From Lama guanicoe (taxonomy: Eukaryota): a DNA stretch of 64,000 bases. The translations under genes were made by a program, and so were the position numbers. The notes beneath the pieces are model-generated. The model ran no database searches. It worked only from the letters and a program-made list of their open reading frames with translations, and had not been told where the DNA came from. Positions 14,065 to 25,549 of the stretch are shown here, in pieces. How positions within the stretch are numbered: position 1 is the stretch's first letter; the number at the start of each line of letters is the position of its first letter. The stretch covers positions 645,988-709,987 of the forward strand of contig MU053588.1 of the NCBI GenBank assembly GCA_013239625.1. The letters are read 5' to 3'.

Positions 14065-14170
14065 ATTTTTTTAATTTTAATTTTAATTTTTTGATGGAGG
14101 TACTGGGGGTTGAACCTAGGACCTCGTGCATGCTAGGCACATGCTCTACCACTGAGCTATCTGCCCCTGC
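14065..14170 (-). mobile_element. tRNA-derived SINE (Vic-1-like), tandem with the previous copy
   Basis: ggaggtactgggggttgaacctaggacctcgtgcatgctaggcacatgctctaccactgagctat. Confidence 0.85.
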
Positions 14171-15489
14171 ACCCCACGCTTCTCGTGCTTTATGTACTGT
14201 ACCAATGCTGTCAGCTCTTGACTCTGTCCCATATTAGCCCCCTGAGCTCCAGCTCCAGATGTGGAGCCTGTGCTCCTTGATGTCCTCTGGTGACTGTCCC
14301 TTGGGCACCATGAACTCAAAATGTTCAACCTGACTCCTCCTCCCAGACCTGGTAGTCATCACTCGGCAAATGGGCCAGGCCAGAAACTTGGGAGCTGCTC
14401 TTCTCCCCGAGCCTTCCCAGGTCCAGTTGATTGACAACAAAGATGGAGCTGTCATTCCATAGCAACACCATTTCATTGGCCCAGCTTGGTCTCCTGTCTT
14501 GTGGGCCCTGGAAGTCCCCCTTGGCCACTGAACTTTTCCAACAAGGTTGAATTGCTTCTTTCAAGTCTCCAAGAATTAATGTATGTGAAGCATTAGTAAG
14601 GGACAGATAAGACAATATGGACTTGGCCAGATTGCACTGACCACAAGTATGGAATAAAGGCCTGGCTTTCAGGAGACCCATTTCTACAGTTTCAGCCTGA
14701 TGAGGCTCCCTAAGTCGCTAATTTTTTCTCTGAAAAGCTACATGGTGTCCACGGGTTAGAATATCCTCTGTAGGCAGGGCCACCCTGAGCATTTTGGGAG
14801 GTGCCACACTCCTGGGAGGAGGCTGGGCAGGGAATTCATTAGCTCTCCATTTAGGGTGAGTCTGTTGTCAGATCTATCATTGTGATTTCATTTGATAATG
14901 GGAACCCATGGTTTCAAATGTGTAATGGCCACTAAATTTACCGAAGGATTTTTTTTTTAATCTGAGGAAATATGACTTTAAAAAAACCTTGGTCTTAATT
15001 GTTAGTGACAACAGCACATGGCTTTTTTTTTTTTTTTAGCAGTCTGTATGGAATGGTCAGAGTTAAACGTGAGCCTGTTTTTCAGACATTGCAGTTGTTA
15101 GGCGGTAAATCAAAAATGGAATTTAGCATGTGCAGTGATTGGCGCCTTTTTTTCCCTGTAAAATGTATTTTGCTGATGTATTTCAAACTTTGGTTTAAAA
15201 AAATGACACAGGTTATAGTGACAGCTTAACCTTGTTATGTGTTTAACTTACAAACTCTAAATTAAATGTAGGTATGTTTTAGTAAAAGAATTGAACAGTC
15301 ATTTCCTTTAAAGTGTTTCCTTTTAGCTGTTAGAATGAGAGGCTATCGGACCAGTTTGTGCGTTGTGCTTTCTTTAAGACTGACACTCCTTCTGTTTCTT
15401 AGGACTGCTCTGGTCATGGCCTTAATTTGTGTATATGGGAATGGGTTGAATTTACCTTTTAAAAAGTTATGCAAAGGAATTAAAAGAAA

Positions 15490-15676
15490 ACAAGTTTTTT
15501 CTGTATAACACAGGGAACTATATTCAATATCTTGTAATAACTTATAATGAAAAAGAACATGAAAATGAATATATGTATGTATATGCATGACTGGGACACT
15601 GTGCTGTACACCAGAAATTGATCCATTGTAACTGCCTGTACTTCAATTAAAAAAATCCTTATTCCACCTAAAAAAA
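15490..15676 (+). mobile_element. Young L1 3' end fragment
   Basis: ctgtataacacagggaactatattcaatatcttgtaataac...gctgtacaccagaaattga...tacttcaattaaaaaa. Possible TSD agttatgca on both sides. Confidence 0.8.
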
Positions 15677-17633
15677 GGAGTTATGCAGAGAAATACATGC
15701 TCATTGTAACACGTCAGACAAAATGGAGATATGTAAGGAAAATAATGGGTGCCACCTTTCACTCCAAATTCCTGTCCCCCAAGAAGACAGCTGTTTATTC
15801 AGACAGTGAGTATTTACTGAGTATCCAGTGGCAGGTTTTGGAGATGTCTGAGAAAACAAAATTGATATGTTCTCTGCCCTTTGATTTTAGGGGAGATGCT
15901 CTCACTTACCTTTTTCTGTGCTTATATGGATGCATATATGCATATATCAACTGCTTTCTTCCTTCTTCCTCACCACTCTCCAAAAAGGGAGGAGTAGGGA
16001 TCAAGCCACACATATCTGTAACTTGAATTTTTCAATTAATGCTACAACATATCCCTTCAAGTCATTATGTACAGATCTGACTCAGTCTTTTTTAACAGCT
16101 AGACCCACATTCTGCAGTGTGCAGAGACCATGCTTTATTCCACCATTTCCCTGTTGCTGGACATTGCAGTTTGTTTCTGGGATTTCTTTTACATTCGTGA
16201 CGCACAGCCAGTAAGCGTTCTGGTACATAGGCAGTCTAGCATAGGGGCCAAAAGCATGAACTCTGGCTAGTGAATGAGCCAGACAAGATCCTTGTTCTCG
16301 TAGGGTTTACATTCTAGCTGAGGGGATATGCAATAAACAAGGTACTTTCAGATGGTTTTCAGCGTCTTGGAGGAAACAGCATGGTGAGGGAATGGGGAGT
16401 GGCCGATGGGGCAACCTGGCGGTGGGGAATGGGTGGTTACTTTGTCTTGGATGGTCGGGGAAGGCCTCCCAGGCCTCGCTGAAGGGGAGTCACATGAGCT
16501 GAGACCTGAATGAGCAAGAGGCACCAGCTGTGCCAAAAGTAGGGAAGAACATTCCAGGAAGAGGGAACAGCAAGTACAAAGGCCCAGATGTAGGAATGAG
16601 TGTGATACAAAAACAATATTATTGTGGCTGGAGAAGGGTGAATTCCCATTTTTCAAGTTCACGCTATTCTAATTTTTGCAAAATAATAATAATAGTAACT
16701 GACATTTTCTAGTACTTAACTCTGTACTAGGTGCTCTTCTAAGCATTTCACACTTTTCTTCAATTAATCCTCACAAGAGTCCAGTGAAGTACAGACATTT
16801 ATGGAACTCACTTCACAGATGAGGACACTGACTCCAGACTCCAGGCTCTTCGCCCATATGCCAAACTCCTTCTCTTCCCAGGTTCTCTTTACTAGGCGGT
16901 GGCAAGTTTAAGAAGTGGATGCAGCATTTCCTTTATGTTGTTTGACATGCAAAGCACTGCGGGCTATATTTAGTACCTCCTTCATGTGGCCGCAGGAGTG
17001 GTCTGGGGACGTGGCATCGTGTCTGCTGAGAATAAGACACGATGGGGTCACTTTCTGTTGGGATATTTAGTTGATTGTTTCAAAACGTGAAGGCCCTTCA
17101 GCAGAGTCTGTCCTTAAGTAAAATAAGGTTGACCACGGGGCTGCCACACCAGACACGAGTTAGCCACAAATGAGACGTGGTGTGGAAGGAGCATGAACAA
17201 GATAAATATCCCATTTGGGTGAGCTTTGCAAGAGGACTTGGGACTTGGCCAGCTGGGGAAAGAGTGTTTCTAAGCACCAGGCCAGCACTGAGGACTGTTA
17301 AAGTATTAAAATGCAGTCCAGCAATTAAAGTGGTGATGCGTGGCCCTGCAGGGGCCCCAGGACCCTGTTCCAGCCATCATGACTGTGTCCATTTTGATTT
17401 AGTATAGCCTGGGCCTTAAGGGTTGCTCAGTATTTTGAAAGAAGAGCAGGCCTGGTTAGATGTGAGGGTGGTAGTGGGTGCTTTTCAGACCAGGAACAGT
17501 ATAGAGAGCATCTTTCACTCAGCCATCTAGGAAATATTTTTTTTCTACCCAGCCTAAGTGGCAGGCACCATGCTAGACACTAATAGTATGAAGTCAAATA
17601 AGGAAGAACACTATGCTTTTCAAGGGTCTGCAC

Positions 17634-17940
17634 CAGTAGTGTCCATTAAAAATATAATGCGAGCCACTAACGTGGGCCATATATGTAATTTAAGATTTTA
17701 TAGGGGTCACATTTAAAAGAGTAAAAAGAAACAGAGAAAATTGATTTAATAATATATTTTGTTTGGTCCAAAATATTACCATTTCAACCTGTACTCAGTG
17801 TAAAAATTATTGAGATTTTTACATTCTTTTTTTTCACATTAAGTCCTCAAAATACTGTGTGTATTTTATACCTTCATCATGTCTCCATTTGCATTGGCCG
17901 TATTTCAAGTGCTCAGTAGCCACATGGTTTGGACAGTGTG
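17634..17940. mobile_element. hAT-Charlie MITE (MER33/MER3-like)
   Basis: gtgtccattaaaaatataatgcgagcca...atttcaagtgctcagtagccacatgg...tggacagtg, with degenerate terminal inverted repeats. Confidence 0.8.
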
Positions 17941-19504
17941 GGCCTAGGGTTTGAGACTCACGTGTAGAGCTAGGTCCACAGTGATAGATCAAAGATGCTG
18001 CCCCTGCTGTATCTTAGTGAGTAAGGGTGGATGAGGGATGGAAAGCATGGTTATCATAGGCAGGGGTAGCTAAACTCACAGCTCTCATACATCACAGGCA
18101 CCTTCTGGGCCTGGCACTGTGCTTAGTGCTTGGCGTGTGTGACCTGTGTTCTGAGGTGGCAGGGACTCTGATCATCCCCGCTCTGCAGATAAAGGAGCTG
18201 AGGTCTGGCAATGAGAGGCCACTTGCTTATGGTTAGGAAGTGATGGAGGCAGAATAGCCTCAGGCCCAGAGCCCATACTCTTAAATCTCTGTTGCATGTG
18301 CTGTGTTCGTGTTTGAGGGGGAATGGGGTCCGAGCTTTGAGCAATAAAAACCACAGGAAAGATTCATCACACAAAATGGAGTTCCAGAGTTTGTCAGCTT
18401 CGCTCCTCAAGTTATGTTGTGCTGAGTACTGGGGTGCTGGCTTAGACCTCAGTGACCCGCTGATCCCCTCCAGTTTGAACTCCACTTTGGTGGAAACAGG
18501 TCTTTACCTCCCAGGAAAGAGAAGGGTCTTCAGGACCCGAGAAAGGTGGGCAGAGTGAATGAAGGAAACAAGAAAAGGGCCCATACTATTGAAAGCCCAT
18601 TCTAAGCAGCTTCTTTGGGTGTGAAGCCTCTTTCTCTTTCATCTCCTAGCTCTGTCCCACTTGGCTGTAGCCTTCTGTGGGAGCCATGTGGCATCTTCCT
18701 TTGACCTTAGGAACAGCAGAGTTTACCCAGTGTGTGATTCTTGCCCTTGCTCTGATCCAGAGGCATTACTGGGTGGGGGGAATAGCAGAGAGGGGACTCT
18801 TTCATGGGAGTCATTGTTCTAGACCTTTAGTTGCTCTCTTGGTTCAGGGTTCCCCATCTCAGGTGGAGGGAGTGTCTGGGCTTCCTACCCAAACAAGGCA
18901 GGTGCTGGAGATTCTGAGTCTGTTCATGTCCCCAGGTGGTGCCCAAGTGCCAGCCCCTGTTTCCAGGTGGTGATTGGCGAGGGTTTTAACCTCTTCATCA
19001 CTCTTATCTCCTGCTGCTGGACAGTGCCTGTCATGTAAAAGGTGCTCAATACGCATCTGTTGGCCAAATTCATGATAGTAGCTAACACTCATTGAGCTTT
19101 TACTGTGTACAAAGCACCACTCTGAGTACTGTCCATGCGATATCTCTTTTAATCCTCATATCTACTCCATGGCATAGATACTGTTTTTATTCCTATTTCT
19201 CATGTAAAGAAACTCAGGTCCCGAGAATTGTGAATCACAAAACTGGTGAGTGTTAAAGACAGGATTCAAACCCAAGCCAAGCCCAGGCTCTTAAATACTC
19301 ATTCCGTAGTCTCTCTGGATGACAGATGGCTCAGTGGGGTGGGCTTGCAGGGCCATACTAACTAGTTACAGCCTCTCCGCTCCACATATGGTCTCCTGTT
19401 CCAGGGTAGCCCTGCATCAGGTCCTAGGTCCCTGTGGGCCTGAAGACTTGACCATCGCTCTGGGCGTAGGGTTTTTCTGTGATTCTGGAACCTGTACTTC
19501 CCCT

Positions 19505-19855
19505 TTATTTAAAATAAAAACGAACTGGATATTTGACATTATTAAGGAATTCTTGTTTTTAGATGTTTTAGGTGTGATAAGTTTTTAGGTGTAATAATGA
19601 TACTGTGGTTCTGTTCAAGAAAAAGTCCTTATTTTTAAGACTTATATTCTGAAATACCTGGGAACTGTTAAAGATGTCTGGGATTTGCTTTAAAATAACA
19701 CGGCTGCCAGGGAGTGGAGGGGGCCAAGTGTCTGGGTTAAGTAAAGAGCTGAGGTAACATTGGCCACCAGGTGGTTCTGTGGAAGCTGGCTGGTGGGGGG
19801 TTATTATACTCTTTTCACCTCTGTGTGTTTGAAACGTCTCACTATGAAAAGTTAG
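19505..19855 (+). mobile_element. Ancient L1 (L1MC-like) 3' end
   Basis: ggatatttgacattattaaggaatt...gatgtctgggatttgctttaaaataa...ttattatactct...tgtgtttgaaa. Confidence 0.7.
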
Positions 19856-21004
19856 AAGCAAGTACAACCAATTTCACTGAGCATTTGTGTGTTTCAAGCT
19901 CGTGTGTGTGGAGGAGTTCCCTGCCTCTGCCTACTCCACTTATAAAAAGTCAGTTTTTTTTTTCTTTTCATTATACGAGTCAATACTTGGCTCAAGGCTT
20001 TGGAAACCCCTTTGGTAAAACAGCATCCAGCCACAGTGAAGACACCAGCGAGGCTCCAGCAGCCACGTGCTTCCCCCCGCTGCTCTGAGTACCGAACACA
20101 ATGGCATTGGTTCCCTTAGTCAGTTTGCAGAGGCCCCTCTTCCCTGAGATCTGATTCCCTCCAGCATCTGATGGTGGGGCCCCTCCCACATTTTTTCCCA
20201 AGACATGTTCGAGCAGGAGGCCTCAGATCCTCCCCCAATCCTCCCCTCGGGAGAGACGTACACAGATCCTTCCTCTCATGTGTCTTTGTTAGGGCCCCAC
20301 ATGGAACCAGAATCCAGCATTTGATTTGCCTCCAGCACTGCAGTGGGAGGCAGGGAACCTGCCCCCTTTCAGTTCTGACTTTTGACAGAGCTGCAAGATG
20401 CAGCTTGTGACAGTGCCTTGGACCTGATGATATTTTTCATCACACCAGCAGTCAGAACTCCTTTACAACACCCTCTCCCTGCCCCCGTCCTTCACATCAG
20501 ATAGATTGTCTTTGTTCTTTTGGGGTCCCTAACTTAACAGCGAGTCAGCGCGTGGTAGAAATCCTTGTGTGGAAGTGGTAAGAAAAGAGGGCATCCTCAT
20601 TTGAGGGTTTCTGTGTTTGCCTTTAGGTGGGTAGAGATGGTTGAGGTGCACAGGTGCTCTGGTCCGTTGCTGCTCGAGCCTGCTGCCATTGGTCCATCTG
20701 ATGATTAGATCTTCCCCACGGCCCCGTTTCTTGACCCCCTGCTGTTGGTTTGTGGAGAAGGAGGCAGGGTAAGTCCTGTGGCCTCTGCAGCTTCCTCAAG
20801 CATCTCCCCCAAGCACCTCTTCCATTCTGCCCTTTCTCTTCCTTCACAGGCTGTGAGGTGAGTCCAGCGCAGAGGGAACACTAGGAGTACTGTCACCAGT
20901 TTGGGCAGCTTGATTTCTCTGTGTTTTTCAGGGTAGGCCTGCAGGTGTTAGATCTGAGGGAGGCACACTCCAAACACTGACAATGGATCTGATTTTTAAA
21001 CTTA

Positions 21005-21470
21005 CTCATTTGACAGGTATTCACCCACCTGAGCGCTCTTCTAGGTAGTAGGAGTGTAGTGGTGAGCCGGACAGACAAGGCTTCTTCCCTTCTGGGGCTC
21101 TTGTTCAAGTGGGGGATTCAGACAGTAAACAGAGAAATAAGAGATAGACTGTGTTAGATGGTAATAAGTACTAAACGGAAGAAATTAAGAAAGGGGTTGT
21201 GAGATATTAGGGTGGAGGGTGTTGAAATTTTAGACAGGGTGGCCAGGGATGAATACAGGCCTAACAGAGGTGAGGCAGTACGAGCAGTGGGAGTTTCTGG
21301 GCATAGGGAGCAGCCAGTGCAAAGGTCCTGAGACAGCAGTTGGAGCAGAGTGGAGGAGGAGCTAGGGGAGGGCATGAGGGCAGAGAAGTGTTGGGTTTGC
21401 AGATCTCTTGATCTAGTGCAGCTTTGTCTTTTCTCTGACTGAGATGGGATGATGTTGCAGGGTTGATTGA
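21005..21470 (-). mobile_element. L2 LINE 3' region (other L2 pieces at ~14200, 16270, 25900, 31520, 54150)
   Basis: acagacaagg...ggggctcttgttcaagtggggg...gagcagccagtgcaaaggtcctgag, typical of reverse L2. Confidence 0.7.
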
Positions 21471-21634
21471 ATTATTAAATTTCCTTACATTTTGGGTGAT
21501 GACCACACATGCATGGAAACAAAGGGACAAAAATAATGCACCTAGTTCTCTTCCCTAGAGGCCACCACCATGCCAGGTGCTTGTTGGGGGCCAGTTACTT
21601 GACTCTGCATTATTTGAGTGAGTTTCTTGGCTTA

Positions 21635-21717
21635 TATTAGGTTGAACCGTATGAAATTGCCTTTTTCTGGGTCAAGAATGGTTGAATATTGGCAATTTTA
21701 TGAGGTGTAGCTTAATA
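21635..21717. mobile_element. MADE2-like mariner MITE
   Basis: TA-ttaggttgaaccgtatgaaattgcc...ggcaattttatgaggtgtagcttaa-TA, an ~80-bp imperfect palindrome. Confidence 0.8.
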
Positions 21718-22641
21718 GCACCTTTCCAGAGCCGAAGGAATTTGACTAATCCTTTCTTGCCCCAGGGGTTGGTGGTCAGAGGTCGGACCCCCTTTCTGCG
21801 CCCACATTTCTCTTTCACTGACTGGCCCAGCAACATTGACTGGTCAGCGACACCAGTGAGTGCAAAACGCCTGCCCCACCCAGAGCCCAGTACCCAGTCT
21901 TGCTGTCAAGCCCGACAAGAAGCTGCCTCTTCCTGCCGGGGCCTCACCTGGCAGTGGTGTTAGTCATTTTTTGGCTTTCTGTATCTTGGTGCCACCAGTT
22001 TTGAAATCACAGATAGCTCCCAGAGGGAAGGGCACTCCTGTACTTTTGCCAGATGTTTGGCATGACTCACCTGGCGGAGGCGCTTTCTGGGGCTAGGCAC
22101 AGCCTGTGGGCACTCTGCATCAGTAACTGGCCAGAGTAGCTGGCAGAGTGCCCAGCCTAGAGAGTTCATGGTGGTAGCTGCTGGAGGAGGTCTGCGAAGC
22201 GATGGTCTGGACTTGGGAGAAAGGCTTTTGACCCCTCCTGTGTGTCACAGTCCTGTGCCGACCAGAGAGTCATGCATACAGAACCCCAGGGCACTGGGCT
22301 GAGTCCCGGGGGTAAGAGGAGTTGTGGGTCCAGCTTTAGGGGAGCTCAGTCAGAAAGCTGTGTCCACTGGTACACCTTTGGCTACAAACCACAGCAAACA
22401 GGTAATAAAGACAATGTCTGCTATATGCTAGGCACTGTGCTAGGCGCTTCCCACAAAGTGACTCATTTAAGCCTCCCAACAACCTTGAAAGATAAGTACG
22501 CCCATCATTCCCCTTTTGCAGATGAGGCAACTAAATTTAAATAACTAGTCGAACAGCTAGAAAATGGTGGTGACACGATTTGGATCCGGGGAACCTGACT
22601 CCAGAGGCCACACTCTGAACTGTTAATTGTCTTATGCTACT

Positions 22642-22817
22642 GCAATGGTTCTCAAACCTGAGCAGGCCCGGAGTCCCCTGCGGGTCTTATTAAAACACAT
22701 TGCTGGGCCCCATCCAACATTTAATTCAGTAGGTCTGACTGGAGAATTTGCATTTCTGACAAGTCTGCAGGTGATGTGGGTGCTCCTGGGCCCGGGAGCT
22801 TATTTTGAGATCCACTG
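22642..22817. mobile_element. MER5A
   Basis: caatggttctcaaac...gggccccatcc...gaatttgcatttctgacaag...ttttgagatccactg. Confidence 0.8.
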
Positions 22818-22829
22818 ATCCACTGGATT

Positions 22830-23330
22830 AGGAAACTCTACTGAAATTGGCCTGGAATCAGGAGATTTGTGATCTCATATAACAAAGAAGCCCGTAGAGA
22901 GGCAGCACCAGGGTTGAATAATTAAGCAGTTCCACCATGTCTATCAGGAGCCCAGCCCTCTCCGCCATTCTTGGTGTGTCTTCGGGCTCCTCTCGTGGCT
23001 ACAAGATGACTGTCGCAGCTGTAGTCATCACACTCTGACAAGGCTATATCCAGCAGCAGAAAGAGGGCACCTTTCACTGTGTGTCTCTTAAGAGTGAGGA
23101 AACCTTTCCTAGATGTCCCGCCTCTCAGATTCCCCTTGTGTCTCATTGGCTGGCATTGTGACACCTGACCATACCCAGGGCCAATCACAGGTGGGGGCCA
23201 ATAAGGATTTACTCTCAGGGCTGGGGCTAAAAACATCCTCACCTGAAGCACAGGACTGCTGGGAGGAGTGTGGCTACAGAAATAAAATTGGAAAAGACTG
23301 GGGGTGGGGTGGGGGATGGATACTGGGTAG
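22830..23330. mobile_element. MaLR solo LTR (MLT1J/K-like)
   Basis: caagatgactgtcgcagct...tctcttaagagtgaggaaacctttcc...tctcattggctggcattgtg. Confidence 0.6.
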
Positions 23331-25199
23331 GCAAACAATTGGATCTGCTGCAGAAGGTAGTACAACAAAGTGGAAGCACAGTACCAGTACATTTTTGTGT
23401 CATTGTCCTTACCAATTTCATTTTGTAATTACCTGAGTCAGGACTGAGCTTTTTGTTCTCTAATCATTGCTATCTTCAAGAATGTGCGCAGAGTCTCTGT
23501 ATTGTAGGAGTTCGCGGTCTTTTGATCTGAACATTCAGGGAAACCCTGGCTGGTTGACGGGGCAGCAGTCTAAGGGGCAGTGTGGTTCGTGAGCACACTT
23601 GCTCTGCTCATAAAAACCTGGATCTCACTCCTCTCTCTGCTTCTGGCCAATTCTTCAAGGGGCTCCTTGAAGAGGCTCAGTTTCCCCCTTTGAGGACTGC
23701 CTACTAGGGCGGTGGTGTGGGTGAAGGGAGAGGATGAAACTCAGGTGTTCACCCCCGTAGCTGGCTCCTGGTAAGTGCTCAGTACTGGGGTCCCTGCTGT
23801 TAACATGTTAATTATGACTTATTAATTGAATAATTATAATTTAATAATCTAGCCCTCTCCTCCTAACAGCTTATGAAGGTGACCATTCATTTTGCAGACT
23901 GAAATTTCCCATGGGTGCCTGTTACTACTGCTTGTGGACCCAGCATAAAGCCATTGCCCTGCAGGATTGCTGAGGGACTGAGGGAAACAAGGGCTGTGGA
24001 GCCAGACCACCTGGCCCAAGTCCTGGCTCTGTGTTGGGCTCCTGGGTGACCTTGGGCAAGCCACTAGCCTTGCAGTGTCTCAGTTTCCCTATATGTAAGG
24101 TGGTAATGGTAGTGTTCTCCGTTTTTGGGAGAATTCAGTGCATTCAAGCACATAAAGCGTTCAGAGCGCTGCAGTGCCTGGCCCACAGTGTGCACTTAAT
24201 ACACACGTGGTTATCTGCCGTTATTTCAATATTTTGTGCCGGTTTATTCACAGGGGACTGTAAGCTCCCTGAGGGCAGAGTCTTTGTGGTTTTTGTTTAC
24301 CACTGTGTTGTTGTGCAGGACTCAGAGTAGATATTTATTTTGTTGATGAAAAGAAGGGCAGTGATAGTTGTTCTTTCTTTTTCCCTTCAGCTGTCCGGAA
24401 TTTAAACTCCATGACTATGATTACCCGATGTTTTGAAGCCATAAGCTGAACCTGATTGAATCTGAGGGCGGCATGTGATAACTGCAGCTGATGGTTATTG
24501 AGCATTTTTGTGGGTTAGGGCTAAGTGCTTACTATAAACATCTCACCAGCTCCTCACACGCACCCCCATTTTATGGATGAGGAAACTGAGGCCCAGCTGG
24601 GGGCGGAGGCTGTCTTTCTCTTTGAGAGGAGATCTAGTGCAGTGGTTAAGAACTGGAAACCCAGAACTGCTCTGCGTGGCTTGACTCTCTGCCCCACCAC
24701 TTTCCTGCTGCCTGCGACTTCTCTGTTCCTGAACTTTCTCATATGTAAAATAGGAATGCTAATAGTGCTTATTTAGAGAGTGGCTGTGTGAGCCAGAGGA
24801 GATAATTCACACGAAGTGCTCAGCACAGTACCTTGTGCAGAGTGAGTACGGGGGTTCTGGTGGTGGTTTTTGTCTCGCAAACCCATTCCGCTGTGCTTCC
24901 CAAGCAGGTGGGAGGAGCCCAGCGGCAGCACTTCAGCCTTAAGGTGTGCTGCCTCCCTGTCTGCATGGGGGGAAAAGAGCCCACCTTTGGGTTGCGTGGT
25001 TGTGAATGAAGCGGCCGGGCGCCAGCCCAGAGCAGGGGATGCTTTGGGCACAGATCCAACCCTGGCTCGATCAGCAAACAGGTGTCCCATCCCTGGATCA
25101 GAGGTAACCGACAAGCTGCCTTTGTTACCTTTAAGCTTTCATTTAAGCCCATTCAGGCTCCTCAGACCACGTGTCTGATGAGTAAGGAGTTCTTTTATT

Positions 25200-25549
25200 T
25201 CCCTCCCCGAAAGGGAGCTTTGGCGAAACAGCCTTCTCTGGGAACGCGCCTGTTGGTGAAAACCAGCCATCTCTTGGGGAACTCCGGTGGCTGGCGTGTT
25301 CTTGTGGCTGTTGAATAAGTCGCTGTTAGAAGCTGGCACGGCAGGTTCCCGTTTCCGCATTCCAGACACCCACAGCGGCTGGGGGAGGCACCGCCCACCC
25401 GAGGGCCAGGGCGAGGGCGAGGGCAGCCTGCAGAGCGCAGGCAGGTGGCCTTGGCCTGGAGAAGACCCGGGACCGGAGCTGAGAGCCTGGAGCTCCCCTC
25501 ATGGTCACCTGCCTGCTCAGTTTGTGCTCCGGATGTCATTCAGGTGAGC
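25200..25549 (+). promoter_or_regulatory. CpG-enriched patch: candidate alternative promoter / first exon
   Basis: Locally retained CpGs and non-repeat GC-rich sequence, ending in a strong donor CAG|GTGAGC at 25543/25544. Confidence 0.5.
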
